Shown in pieces: positions 1 to 8,262 of a stretch of 64,000 nucleotides of DNA. The stretch is from the NCBI GenBank assembly GCA_945874665.1, contig CAMCHJ010000004.1, forward strand, positions 1,169 to 65,168, given 5' to 3'. Every line of letters starts with the position of its first letter. Position 1 is the stretch's first letter. The stretch comes from Chitinophaga pinensis (lineage in GTDB: Bacteria; Bacteroidota; Bacteroidia; UBA7662). The translations under genes and the position numbers were made by a program. The notes under the pieces were generated by a model that was given only the letters and a program-made list of their open reading frames with translations, was not told the DNA's origin and did no database searches.

Positions 1-282
1 TGACCGTTGTATGAAAATAAAGCCTTGCAGTATTTCGGTGATGCCGCTAAACAAAATACCCACGAGGATGCTGTAAAAACCTGCATCAAATCGTAGCGTG
101 GGAATGGCATTTTGCTTGCGGAAGGCTTGCGCCCAAAGCATTGTGAATACAAAGAAAAGCCCGAAGTGAATGAACTTATCAGTGCTGATAAGTTCATTCT
201 TCGGGAAACTATAACCAGGCAAGCCGGTTAGCAACAAAATGAGCGCTGTCCATAGCAAGGCCGGCAGGCAGAAATTAAACAA
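1..282 (-). CDS. VanZ-family membrane protein (runs off left edge; start approximate)
   Basis: Manual translation LFNFCLPALLWTALILLLTGLPG...ISTDKFIHFGLFFVFT shows the VanZ-like DKxxH motif between hydrophobic helices. It lies downstream of gcvH, a common arrangement in Bacteroidota. Not in the ORF track. Confidence 0.75.
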   Translation of the reverse strand, partial: MFNFCLPALLWTALILLLTGLPGYSFPKNELISTDKFIHFGLFFVFTMLWAQAFRKQNAIPTLRFDAGFYSILVGILFSGITEILQGFIFIQRS

Positions 283-328
283 ATTACCTAACCTGGCTCG
301 TTTTACGCGGCGGATTTGGCCGCTTAAA

Positions 329-709
329 TTATTGCCCAATATGTTGTTTATAATCATCAGCTGACATCAAGCTGTCGATTTCAGCAGCATCTGTGATTTT
401 AATTTTGATCATCCAACCAGCGGTGTAAGGATCACTATTCAGCACTTCAGGGGCGCTGTCGAGTCCGGCGTTTTTCTCTAAAATTTCGCCAGTCAGGGGC
501 ATAAACAAATCAGAAACGGTTTTTACAGCTTCTACGGTGCCAAATACCTCATCGCGACCAACGGTTTGGCCTACCGTTTCAATCTCTACAAACACGATGT
601 CTCCCAATTCGCTTTGCGCAAAATCGGTAACGCCTACTGTGGCTACATCGCCATCAATCAACACCCATTCGTGTTCCTTGGTGTACTTTAAGTTAGCTGG
701 AAAATTCAT
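329..709 (-). CDS. gcvH: Glycine cleavage system H protein
   Basis: LKYTKEHEWV N-terminus, lipoyl-lysine motif VEAVKTVSD, NSDPY..GW. Confidence 0.97.
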   Translation of the reverse strand: MNFPANLKYTKEHEWVLIDGDVATVGVTDFAQSELGDIVFVEIETVGQTVGRDEVFGTVEAVKTVSDLFMPLTGEILEKNAGLDSAPEVLNSDPYTAGWMIKIKITDAAEIDSLMSADDYKQHIGQ

Positions 710-754
710 GATATATTTTTTGTCAAATTTAGCATTATTTCGGTAGAGATGGCT

Positions 755-1822
755 TTATAGGTTGATTTCTAGCGTACCTAATTTTTCGAGCACCATTCCG
801 GCTTTTTCATTGTACCGGCCTTTGCGGAAGATGTTGTTCTGCTCTTTCAAAAGCCCTTTTCGAATAACCTTTTGCTTGTCTTCGGGCAGCTGATAAATGT
901 GCTTGCACGCCTCACTGCAGCAGCCGTTGTATGTTTGAGCGCAGGCCTCGCACTGAATAAAGAGGAGGTGGCAGGCCTCGTTGTTGCAATTGGTATGCGA
1001 GTCGGCTTTGCTACCGCACTGGTGGCAATGGGCAATTACTTCATCACTGATGCGCTCGCCCAAGCGCTCGTCGAATACAAAGTTTTTACCTTTAAACTTA
1101 CTAGGAAGGCCTTTATAGTTCACTTGGCGCGCGTATTCGATGATCCCGCCATGCAATTGATTCACATCTTCAAAGCCTAAATGTTTAAAGTAGGCACTGG
1201 CTTTTTCGCAGCGGATGCCACCGGTGCAGTACAAGAGTAGTTTTTTGTCTTTTTTGTCGTGCAGCAAGTCTGCTACCAAAGGGAGTTCTTCGCGGAAGGT
1301 GTCTACATCCGGACAAATAGCCCCTTCGAAATGGCCCACTTCGCTTTCGTAGTGGTTGCGCATATCTACCACAATGGTATCGGGCAGCGCAAGGGCCTCA
1401 TTAAATGCCTCAGCGCTGAGGTGCCGACCTACATTGGTTACGTCAAAGGCACCGTCATTGAGGCCGTCGGCCACAATTTTTTCCCGAATCTTGATGCCGA
1501 GTTTAAAAAAGGACTTGCCATCATCTTCGATAGCGATTTTAAACGGTACTTGGTCGAACTCGGGCCAAGCATACAATTCGTCGATAAATTGCTGATGATT
1601 GGCTTCGGGTACGCTCATTTGAGCGTTGATGCCCTCGCGTGCCACATAAATACGGCCTAAACAGTTGAGGTTTTGGAATTGGATGAAAAGGCGATCGCGT
1701 ACTTCCTGTGGGTTTTCGAGGATTACGTATCGGTAAAAGGAGAGGGTGATGCGCTTAAAATCTTCCTCTTGGAGCCGCTGCTTGAGCAATCGGCGGTCTA
1801 CGCGATTGTGTAGTTGTGTCAT
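755..1822 (-). CDS. trhO: Rhodanese-domain tRNA uridine(34) hydroxylase (TrhO/YceA family)
   Basis: [53 protein letters not shown] and a C-terminal Cys cluster. Start moved to MTQLHNR, with a TACCTTTG box at 1860-1867 upstream. Confidence 0.9.
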   Translation of the reverse strand: MTQLHNRVDRRLLKQRLQEEDFKRITLSFYRYVILENPQEVRDRLFIQFQNLNCLGRIYVAREGINAQMSVPEANHQQFIDELYAWPEFDQVPFKIAIEDDGKSFFKLGIKIREKIVADGLNDGAFDVTNVGRHLSAEAFNEALALPDTIVVDMRNHYESEVGHFEGAICPDVDTFREELPLVADLLHDKKDKKLLLYCTGGIRCEKASAYFKHLGFEDVNQLHGGIIEYARQVNYKGLPSKFKGKNFVFDERLGERISDEVIAHCHQCGSKADSHTNCNNEACHLLFIQCEACAQTYNGCCSEACKHIYQLPEDKQKVIRKGLLKEQNNIFRKGRYNEKAGMVLEKLGTLEINL

Positions 1823-1920
1823 GAAATAGGGGTAATAAGGTGCATACTTAAACCGGACACAAAGGTACGATATTATGCAAATAGCCGGGAGTTTTGAGGG
1901 GAGAGATTTTGAATACGCCT

Positions 1921-3177
1921 TCAATCGGCGCTTGAAAGCTCCATTTTGCGAATGTCGGCCATGATGGTGGCCGTTGCGCCGGCTTGGCTGGCAAACCACA
2001 TTTTGGCCGCGGTTTTGACTTGCTGGCGGGGGCTTTCGGAGGATAAAAAAGGCTGCAAATCGGCTGCAAGTGCTGCTGCACTGTGTATTTCGAAGCCGAT
2101 TTTGGCTTTTTGCAGGGCTGCTGCTTCTAAGAACTTTTGGTTTTTGGGTCCAAAAAATACTGGAATGCCGTAAACCGCTGGTTCTAATAAATTGTGGATG
2201 CTTTTGCCAAAGCCGCCTCCTACGTAAGCCGCTTGTGCTACATGATACACCTGGCTCAGCATGCCCATGGTGTTGAGCACAAGCACGCGGGCATTGGCGG
2301 CTTTTTCAACACTACTTTGACTATAAATTTGGGTGGTACTATCAAAAAGTGCGGCTGTTTTTGCCAAGCTACTTTGATTGATTTGGTGCGGCACTATTAA
2401 CAAGCGCAAATTTTCGAAGCCAGGGGACGCTAGTAAAGCCGCGAGTATTTTTTCGTCAGCGGGCCAGGTACTGCCGGCTACAAGAACGGTTTGATTTTCA
2501 GCAAAGGCAGTAATAATGGGGTCGGTGAATGGCATTTCGGGCAATGCTAACACGCGATCGAGCCTGGTATCTCCACAAACTGTGACGTTATAATAGCCCA
2601 AACCGCCTAAGAGCTGGGCAGAAACAGCATCTTGTACATAAAAATGCCTTACCGAGGCTAACATCTTCCCCCAAAAAGCTTTTGTTGGCCATTTGAAGAA
2701 GGCTTGATTTGGCCGAAAGGGAGCAGATATTAAGAGAAGAGGGATGTTTCGGCCTTTGAGTAAGGTATAATGATGGTACCAAAACTCGTATTTCACAAAA
2801 ATAGCGATGCTGGGCTGCAGGATATCGAGCCAGCGTTTTACCAAAGCAGGTTTATCCTCCGGCAAATAGCAAATCACATCTGCGCCGCTGTAATTTTTTC
2901 GCATTTCGTAGCCTGAAGGCGAAAAGAAGGTGAGCACAATTACTTGCTCGGGATAAGCGGCACGGTAGGCTTCGATCAGCGGTCGCCCCTGCTCAAATTC
3001 TCCAGCGGAGGCCGTGTGAAACCAAGCTACAGTCTTATTTTGCGGAAGGGATTTAATTGCTTGCCAAATGTTACTGCGGCCTTGTAGCCAGCGTTGTGCT
3101 TGGGCATGACCAAAAAGCGCCAGCAGCCGTACCAACGCCCCGTACAACCAAATGCCGATGTTGTACAGTAGCTGCAT
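1921..3177 (-). CDS. waaA: 3-deoxy-D-manno-octulosonic acid (Kdo) transferase
   Basis: [37 protein letters not shown] motifs. Confidence 0.93.
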   Translation of the reverse strand: MQLLYNIGIWLYGALVRLLALFGHAQAQRWLQGRSNIWQAIKSLPQNKTVAWFHTASAGEFEQGRPLIEAYRAAYPEQVIVLTFFSPSGYEMRKNYSGADVICYLPEDKPALVKRWLDILQPSIAIFVKYEFWYHHYTLLKGRNIPLLLISAPFRPNQAFFKWPTKAFWGKMLASVRHFYVQDAVSAQLLGGLGYYNVTVCGDTRLDRVLALPEMPFTDPIITAFAENQTVLVAGSTWPADEKILAALLASPGFENLRLLIVPHQINQSSLAKTAALFDSTTQIYSQSSVEKAANARVLVLNTMGMLSQVYHVAQAAYVGGGFGKSIHNLLEPAVYGIPVFFGPKNQKFLEAAALQKAKIGFEIHSAAALAADLQPFLSSESPRQQVKTAAKMWFASQAGATATIMADIRKMELSSAD

Positions 3178-3938
3178 TAATAAAAGAGCATGGCTTTTTC
3201 GGCCCGTTTGTAGAGCGGTAAAATCCAGCCACCTTTGATGCCTATCATCAGGTCGGTGCGCTGGCGGTCATCGCGCAATCCCGTATCATAATTAATGGTA
3301 CGCCGGTTTTCAGTGAAACCTACATGCACATCCAAGCCAACATAAAAGTTAATGAGTTTATTGTTTGAGAGGTGTTGGTAGCCGATGAATGGATTTAAAC
3401 TGAGGCCATTGCTTAAACGGTCGTAGCCGCGTTTATACTCCGTGGTGAGTTGTGGCGTGTTGTTTTGTGGTGTTTCAATCCAAATTTTGTGCTGCATGAC
3501 ACCAGTACCAAGTTCAATTAAAAGACCACTGTTGGGGTTGGGACCGATGACAGGGAAAATTTTACCTACCCTACCGTACAGCAGCCAGCCGAACTGCCGT
3601 AGTCGGAAGTCCTCAAAAACCCCAGTTTGTGTGATGATATCGCCTCCCTTGGTGCTGATGTTGCTCAAAATATCACGTTCGCGAACGGGACCACCAAACA
3701 TGTGGCTGCCACTGACGCTGAACATCCAGCCTTTGGTAGTTTTGTAACTGACATCCAGCCCTACCGTAGCTCCTGTACCAAACCGCTCGGCAAAGATGCC
3801 TGCTGGTACGTAACCCCCTAGGTGCGTTTTAACAAGCACAATGCCTAGGCTTTCTTTGGCCGTGTTTTGTTGGGCAAACGTGCTCACAGTGAGGGAGCTT
3901 AGCAGCAAGAGCAAAAGAAAAAGGCGCATTGGCTTCAT
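3177..3938 (-). CDS. Hypothetical exported protein, probable outer-membrane beta-barrel
   Basis: Signal peptide, alternating Gly/aromatic beta-strands, aromatic C-terminus. Confidence 0.6.
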   Translation of the reverse strand: MKPMRLFLLLLLLSSLTVSTFAQQNTAKESLGIVLVKTHLGGYVPAGIFAERFGTGATVGLDVSYKTTKGWMFSVSGSHMFGGPVRERDILSNISTKGGDIITQTGVFEDFRLRQFGWLLYGRVGKIFPVIGPNPNSGLLIELGTGVMQHKIWIETPQNNTPQLTTEYKRGYDRLSNGLSLNPFIGYQHLSNNKLINFYVGLDVHVGFTENRRTINYDTGLRDDRQRTDLMIGIKGGWILPLYKRAEKAMLFY

Positions 3939-3961
3939 GGAGTAAAAATAGACATTTGCAC

Positions 3962-5122
3962 TTAAGAAAGCGGTAATTGTATGCGGAAGGTGGTTCCTTT
4001 GCCTTGTTCTGATGACTTGACGAATATTTTGCCGTCGTGGTATTTTTCGATAATGCGCTTTACAAGCGTAAGTCCAAGTCCCCAGCCACGCTTACGCGTA
4101 GTAATCCCAGGTTTAAATATGGCTTGAAATTGATTGGCAGGTATGCCTTTACCGGTGTCGGAAAAATCAATAACAGCCATTTTTTGAACGGTGCTGAGCT
4201 GCAATCGAATGGTGCCGTGTCCGCTCATGGCGTCGAGTGCGTTTTTGGTAAGGTTTTCGATTACCCAGTCGAAAAGGGGCTCGTTCAGTGCCACCAGCAC
4301 AGGCTGATCGCCAGTTTCGATTTGAAAAGTTACTTTTTCGGAGGCTCGTTTGCGCATATAGCCCATGCCGCGCTCAATGACTTCTCGCATGTCAACCGGC
4401 TCGAGCACAGGAACAGAGCCTATTTTTGAAAAACGTTCAGTAATGGTTTGCAGGCGCTCAATGTCTTTACCCACTTCTGTTACCATTTCAGCGTCGGCAT
4501 CCTTGGTGGTGCTTTTGAGGTATTCTTGCCATGCCATCAAGGAGCTGATGGGCGTGCCGAGCTGGTGGGCGGTTTCCTTGGCCATCCCCACCCACAAAAA
4601 ATCTTGCTCGTAACGGCGACTCACACTAAATGCGAGGTAGCTGACCAATAAAAAAATGCTGATAACGGCTAGCTGGAAGTAGGGATAATAGCGGAGTTGG
4701 TACAGCAAATCGCTGTCTTTAAAAAAAATGTACTGCCGAATGCCTTCAAGGGGCTCGATTAAAATGGGCTCGTGCTGTTGGCGCATCACGATGAGCTGTC
4801 GCTCCAGGTAGCCTGGCCGTTCGGCTTGCTCAGGGTCGATGTTCAGGTAAGAAAGTATCTGGAGATTGTCGTCGGTGAGGATCACGGGAATGTTGTCGTT
4901 TTCACGTAGGATGTCAAGTAAAAACTCTTGGTTCTGGTCGAGATCTGTGCTTGAACTGAGGTCGCGGGTGGCGCGTGCCCAAAGCAACATCTTCTTTTTT
5001 TCTTGCTTTTCGATGTTGTGCACCACCTGACTGGTGTAGTACAGCGATACCGAGCCAATGACCATGGCAACCAGCAGCAAAACGATTTTCCAGTTGTTTT
5101 TTTTATAGTAGATGGAGAGCAT
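3962..5122 (-). CDS. Membrane sensor histidine kinase
   Basis: Two TM helices, H-box ETAHQLGTP, N-box ENLTKNALDA, DTGKGI, GWGLGL. Confidence 0.93.
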   Translation of the reverse strand: MLSIYYKKNNWKIVLLLVAMVIGSVSLYYTSQVVHNIEKQEKKKMLLWARATRDLSSSTDLDQNQEFLLDILRENDNIPVILTDDNLQILSYLNIDPEQAERPGYLERQLIVMRQQHEPILIEPLEGIRQYIFFKDSDLLYQLRYYPYFQLAVISIFLLVSYLAFSVSRRYEQDFLWVGMAKETAHQLGTPISSLMAWQEYLKSTTKDADAEMVTEVGKDIERLQTITERFSKIGSVPVLEPVDMREVIERGMGYMRKRASEKVTFQIETGDQPVLVALNEPLFDWVIENLTKNALDAMSGHGTIRLQLSTVQKMAVIDFSDTGKGIPANQFQAIFKPGITTRKRGWGLGLTLVKRIIEKYHDGKIFVKSSEQGKGTTFRIQLPLS

Positions 5123-5130
5123 GCAAGGGG

Positions 5131-7668
5131 TTAGCCGCCGCGGCGACTTTTAGGTTTACGCAAATAAACGGGATCGAATTCTTTTTCGGGCTCTTTTTGT
5201 AAGGTATCCGCCTCTACGGGAATGGGGGCGATATCGTCGAGTCGGTTGTTTTCGTAGGTTTTTTGGCGGGCTGTGCCGTCTAATTCTTCTTTAATAAGCT
5301 TGCCAAGGTCTTTACGAACAGCAGTAGCGCCTTGTTTGAGCTGGGTGCTGACATCCAATTTGTTGTAGCGAATGCTGAACTCCTCGCCCTGGCCCTCGAG
5401 TACCAAAAACAGCTTCACGCCGCCCTCAGGCTTGTCTTCCGCTAAATTGGGGTCAAAGGTGATTTGCTTCTGGCGTTTTTTCCAGAGATCGCTAAGCGAT
5501 AGCTGGATGTAATAGGTGTAGGCATTATCGAGCGTATGCTTGCCGCTGATGCTCATGCGGGTGGCGTTGGAGTTGATGTCCATTTGAGGGATGTCAATTA
5601 CGCCCTGCATGATTTCGATGTGGTTGGTGAGCCGCTGGAAACGCAGGTTTTGGAGTTCTTTGGCATCTACAAATTTCGAAAGACTGTTGAGTGGTGTGAA
5701 GTTGGTGAGTCCGCCTTGTTGCAGAACGAGATCGGCCACTACCTCCATCTGCTTTGGCAAGAGGTTGTAGTCCTTGTCGAAACGGAGCAGCACACTGCTC
5801 TTTGCATCGAGCTGGCCGCTGAGGTGTTCGTGAGTTAAAAACGACTGGTCGAAATTGTTGAAGGTGCTGAACAGGGTACTGATGTCCATCTGCTTACCTT
5901 GCAAAGCACCCTGGAGCACAAAACCAGCAGGCACCTCCTGCCACCGCAGTCTGCCGTTGAGTTTGCCTTTTGCCAATTGCCAATTGTTGAGCTGAATACG
6001 CATATCTCCGGTATGGCCAGTAAGTTGCACGTCAAGGTCGTCAAAAGCAAAATCGTACCAGTAAAAACGGTCAACTGCTAATTGCAAATCGAAGTTACTA
6101 ATGGGAAGTGTGCTACTACTTTCAGCGCTGCTACTTTCTGTAGCCCAGCGCCAGCGATCGGCCTTGAGTTTGCCGCTGAGTTGCATATTGCCAGCTTTAT
6201 TGTCGTAGAGCGCAGGGTAATTGGCAATGCGTAAATTACCAGAGAGGGCCGTACTATCGAGTTGCAAGCGCTCAATTTGCATCTGCAGCTCAGGTTTGAG
6301 GCCTGCGGTAGTGGCAAAATTACCGGTAAGCGCGCTGAAAGTATAGCCGGGGTACTGGCCCGCCGTGTTTTCAAGGCGCAAGGTGCCTGCAATCAACAAA
6401 GGTTTGTCAGTGCCAGGGTATAGCTGAAAGCGGTGGTTGAGTTGCGCCGTGCCGCTTAAATTGCTGAGCTCGAAATCAGCAAGGGCTTTTTGGTAGCGGC
6501 TGAGGTCTATCTTTCCGCGCACTTCACCTTCTAACAGGTTGTCGCTTTGGCGGTAATGCAGTTTGCCTTTTAATTCACTTGCCTTTTGGTTAAGTTGGAG
6601 ATCGTCGAAGTGCAAATCTAGCAGTGCCTGTCGGCTGTAGGTAGCGCGGATGTTGGTGCTACCGCGGTATTGCAAATCAAGGGCTTTGTAAGCTAGTTTG
6701 GCTTCGCTCAGGGAGGCGGTAATGTTGAGTTCAGGAGCGTTGGGGGTATAGTGCCAGCGTCCTTTGAGGTTGAGGTCGCCATCTACTTCTAATTCTTTAA
6801 AAAAGCCTTCATCATCTTGATAAAAGGCCAGCAATTGCGCAGCTCGGAAGCGCTCAGCGGCAAAGGTAAGGTCGGTTTCAAAAGGCTCGCCCCAGCGGTG
6901 GAAGCCTTGGAGCTGGAGGCGCTCGCGGTTGAGGCGCAGTTCGCTGTTTGGAAAGGTCACGGTTTCAGCGTCGAGGTCTACTTCCATGCTCAAATTGACT
7001 TGGAGCTGCTGGTTTTTGAGAAATTGTTTGTCCTCTAGCTGCAAACTGCCTCCCTCCAGCGAGGCTTTGGCGAGGAGGCGGAATTTACGTTGACTGAAAT
7101 CACCACGGAAATCGGCATCGGTGAAGCTGGCCGACAGCATCTGGTTTTCGCTGGCGTTGAGGTAGTTGAGTTTTACGCGCCTGAGTACCAGTTTATTGAT
7201 GGCAAAGTTAGCCTCGGTATTAGTAGTGCTGTTTTGTGCTTTCCAGATGTTGTAGTTGGGGTGGCCTTCAGCATCAAACCGCAGGTCAATCACAGCGTCA
7301 ACAATGGTGAGTTGTTCAAGGGTGTAGCGCCCGGCGAAGAGGTCTAGTAAACTGAAGGAGAGCGATAGCTTTTGGGCACTGAGCAATGGGTAGTCCTGCA
7401 CCACGGCTTGGTTTACCGCTTGGAGGCTAATATTTGGGAAGCTGAGTGAGATGCTTGGGAAATGTTCGAAAAGGGATACGTAGATGGGGCCGCCGACGGT
7501 AACGGGACTGTCGAGCTGGCCGTTGAGCACAGTTACAATGCGGTTTTTGATCTCTTCTTGATGCGTATACACATAAAGGGTCAAGCTGCCGAGCAGCACA
7601 ACCATCGCTAGTAGCACTGCTACAAGGATTTTCAGAAGGAATTGAAAGCGTTTTGGCATCTCAGGCAA
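5131..7668 (-). CDS. AsmA-like family protein
   Basis: N-terminal TM anchor, beta-rich body, G..NYNIWK and AsmA-like C-terminal region. Start codon uncertain. Confidence 0.8.
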   Translation of the reverse strand: MPEMPKRFQFLLKILVAVLLAMVVLLGSLTLYVYTHQEEIKNRIVTVLNGQLDSPVTVGGPIYVSLFEHFPSISLSFPNISLQAVNQAVVQDYPLLSAQKLSLSFSLLDLFAGRYTLEQLTIVDAVIDLRFDAEGHPNYNIWKAQNSTTNTEANFAINKLVLRRVKLNYLNASENQMLSASFTDADFRGDFSQRKFRLLAKASLEGGSLQLEDKQFLKNQQLQVNLSMEVDLDAETVTFPNSELRLNRERLQLQGFHRWGEPFETDLTFAAERFRAAQLLAFYQDDEGFFKELEVDGDLNLKGRWHYTPNAPELNITASLSEAKLAYKALDLQYRGSTNIRATYSRQALLDLHFDDLQLNQKASELKGKLHYRQSDNLLEGEVRGKIDLSRYQKALADFELSNLSGTAQLNHRFQLYPGTDKPLLIAGTLRLENTAGQYPGYTFSALTGNFATTAGLKPELQMQIERLQLDSTALSGNLRIANYPALYDNKAGNMQLSGKLKADRWRWATESSSAESSSTLPISNFDLQLAVDRFYWYDFAFDDLDVQLTGHTGDMRIQLNNWQLAKGKLNGRLRWQEVPAGFVLQGALQGKQMDISTLFSTFNNFDQSFLTHEHLSGQLDAKSSVLLRFDKDYNLLPKQMEVVADLVLQQGGLTNFTPLNSLSKFVDAKELQNLRFQRLTNHIEIMQGVIDIPQMDINSNATRMSISGKHTLDNAYTYYIQLSLSDLWKKRQKQITFDPNLAEDKPEGGVKLFLVLEGQGEEFSIRYNKLDVSTQLKQGATAVRKDLGKLIKEELDGTARQKTYENNRLDDIAPIPVEADTLQKEPEKEFDPVYLRKPKSRRGG

Positions 7669-7792
7669 GTCGAAATATAACCCAAATATCGTTGCTAAAT
7701 TGTGAAAGCGGCAATTCTGCTTATTGGAAATGCATGAAGAAAGATTTTTTTCTTTTTTTTAAGCCAGTGGTTGTTCCATTAAAACTCTCTTC

Positions 7793-7800
7793 TATCTTTG
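7793..7800 (+). promoter_or_regulatory. Bacteroidota primary-sigma -7 box (TATCTTTG) for tRNA-Val
   Basis: Exact TAnnTTTG consensus ending 11 nt before the tRNA. Confidence 0.7.
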
Positions 7801-7811
7801 CAGTCCCTTAA

Positions 7812-7886
7812 GGGCGCATAGCTCAGCTGGTTCAGAGCATCTGCCTTACAAGCAGAGGGTCCGCGGTTCGAATCCGTGTGCGCCCA
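7812..7886 (+). tRNA. tRNA-Val (anticodon TAC), CCA not encoded
   Basis: Acceptor stem GGGCGCA/TGCGCCC, D-arm TAGCTCAGCTGGTTCAGAGC, anticodon arm TCTGC-CTTACAA-GCAGA, T-loop GGTTCGAATCC. Confidence 0.98.
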
Positions 7887-7891
7887 CATCC

Positions 7892-7923
7892 AAAAGCTTC
7901 ACTCGAAAGAGTGGAGCTTTTTT
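7892..7923 (+). terminator. Intrinsic terminator of tRNA-Val
   Basis: AAAAGCTTCACTC-GAAA-GAGTGGAGCTTTTTT hairpin with U-tract. Confidence 0.85.
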
Positions 7924-7952
7924 CATTTAGAGAAATTTGCCAAGCTGCAAGC

Positions 7953-8260
7953 TTGAGCAAATTTCGAAAAATGAAAAAAGCCCAGACCGCGCAGCGGACT
8001 GCAGCTTTGGATGTGTTTTTTATTGAGCTGGGGCGGATGGCGAGCGCAGCGAGACAATCCGTGAGTTTGAGCAAATTTCGAAAAATGAAAAAAGCCCAGA
8101 CCGCGCAGCGGACTGCAGCTTTGGATGTGTTTTTAGATAGAGCTGTTTCGGATGGCGAGCGCAGCGAGACAATCTGTGAGTTTGAGCAAATTTCGAAAAA
8201 TGAAAAAAGCCCAGACCGCGCAGCGGACTGCAGCTTTGGATGTGTTTTTTTTATTGAGCT
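7953..8260. repeat. Tandem structured repeat, ~2.7 units of 114/115 bp, with three identical 68-bp cores (7953-8020, 8067-8134, 8182-8249)
   Basis: Core TTGAGCAAATTTCGAAAAATGAAAAAAGCCCAGACCGCGCAGCGGACTGCAGCTTTGGATGTGTTTTT read three times. The two linkers are near-identical. Confidence 0.95.
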
Positions 8261-8262
8261 AC

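Noticed and set aside
7953..8260. CRISPR array interpretation of the repeats
   Set aside because: The cores are 68 bp, the two would-be spacers are nearly identical to each other, and there are no cas genes in the window.
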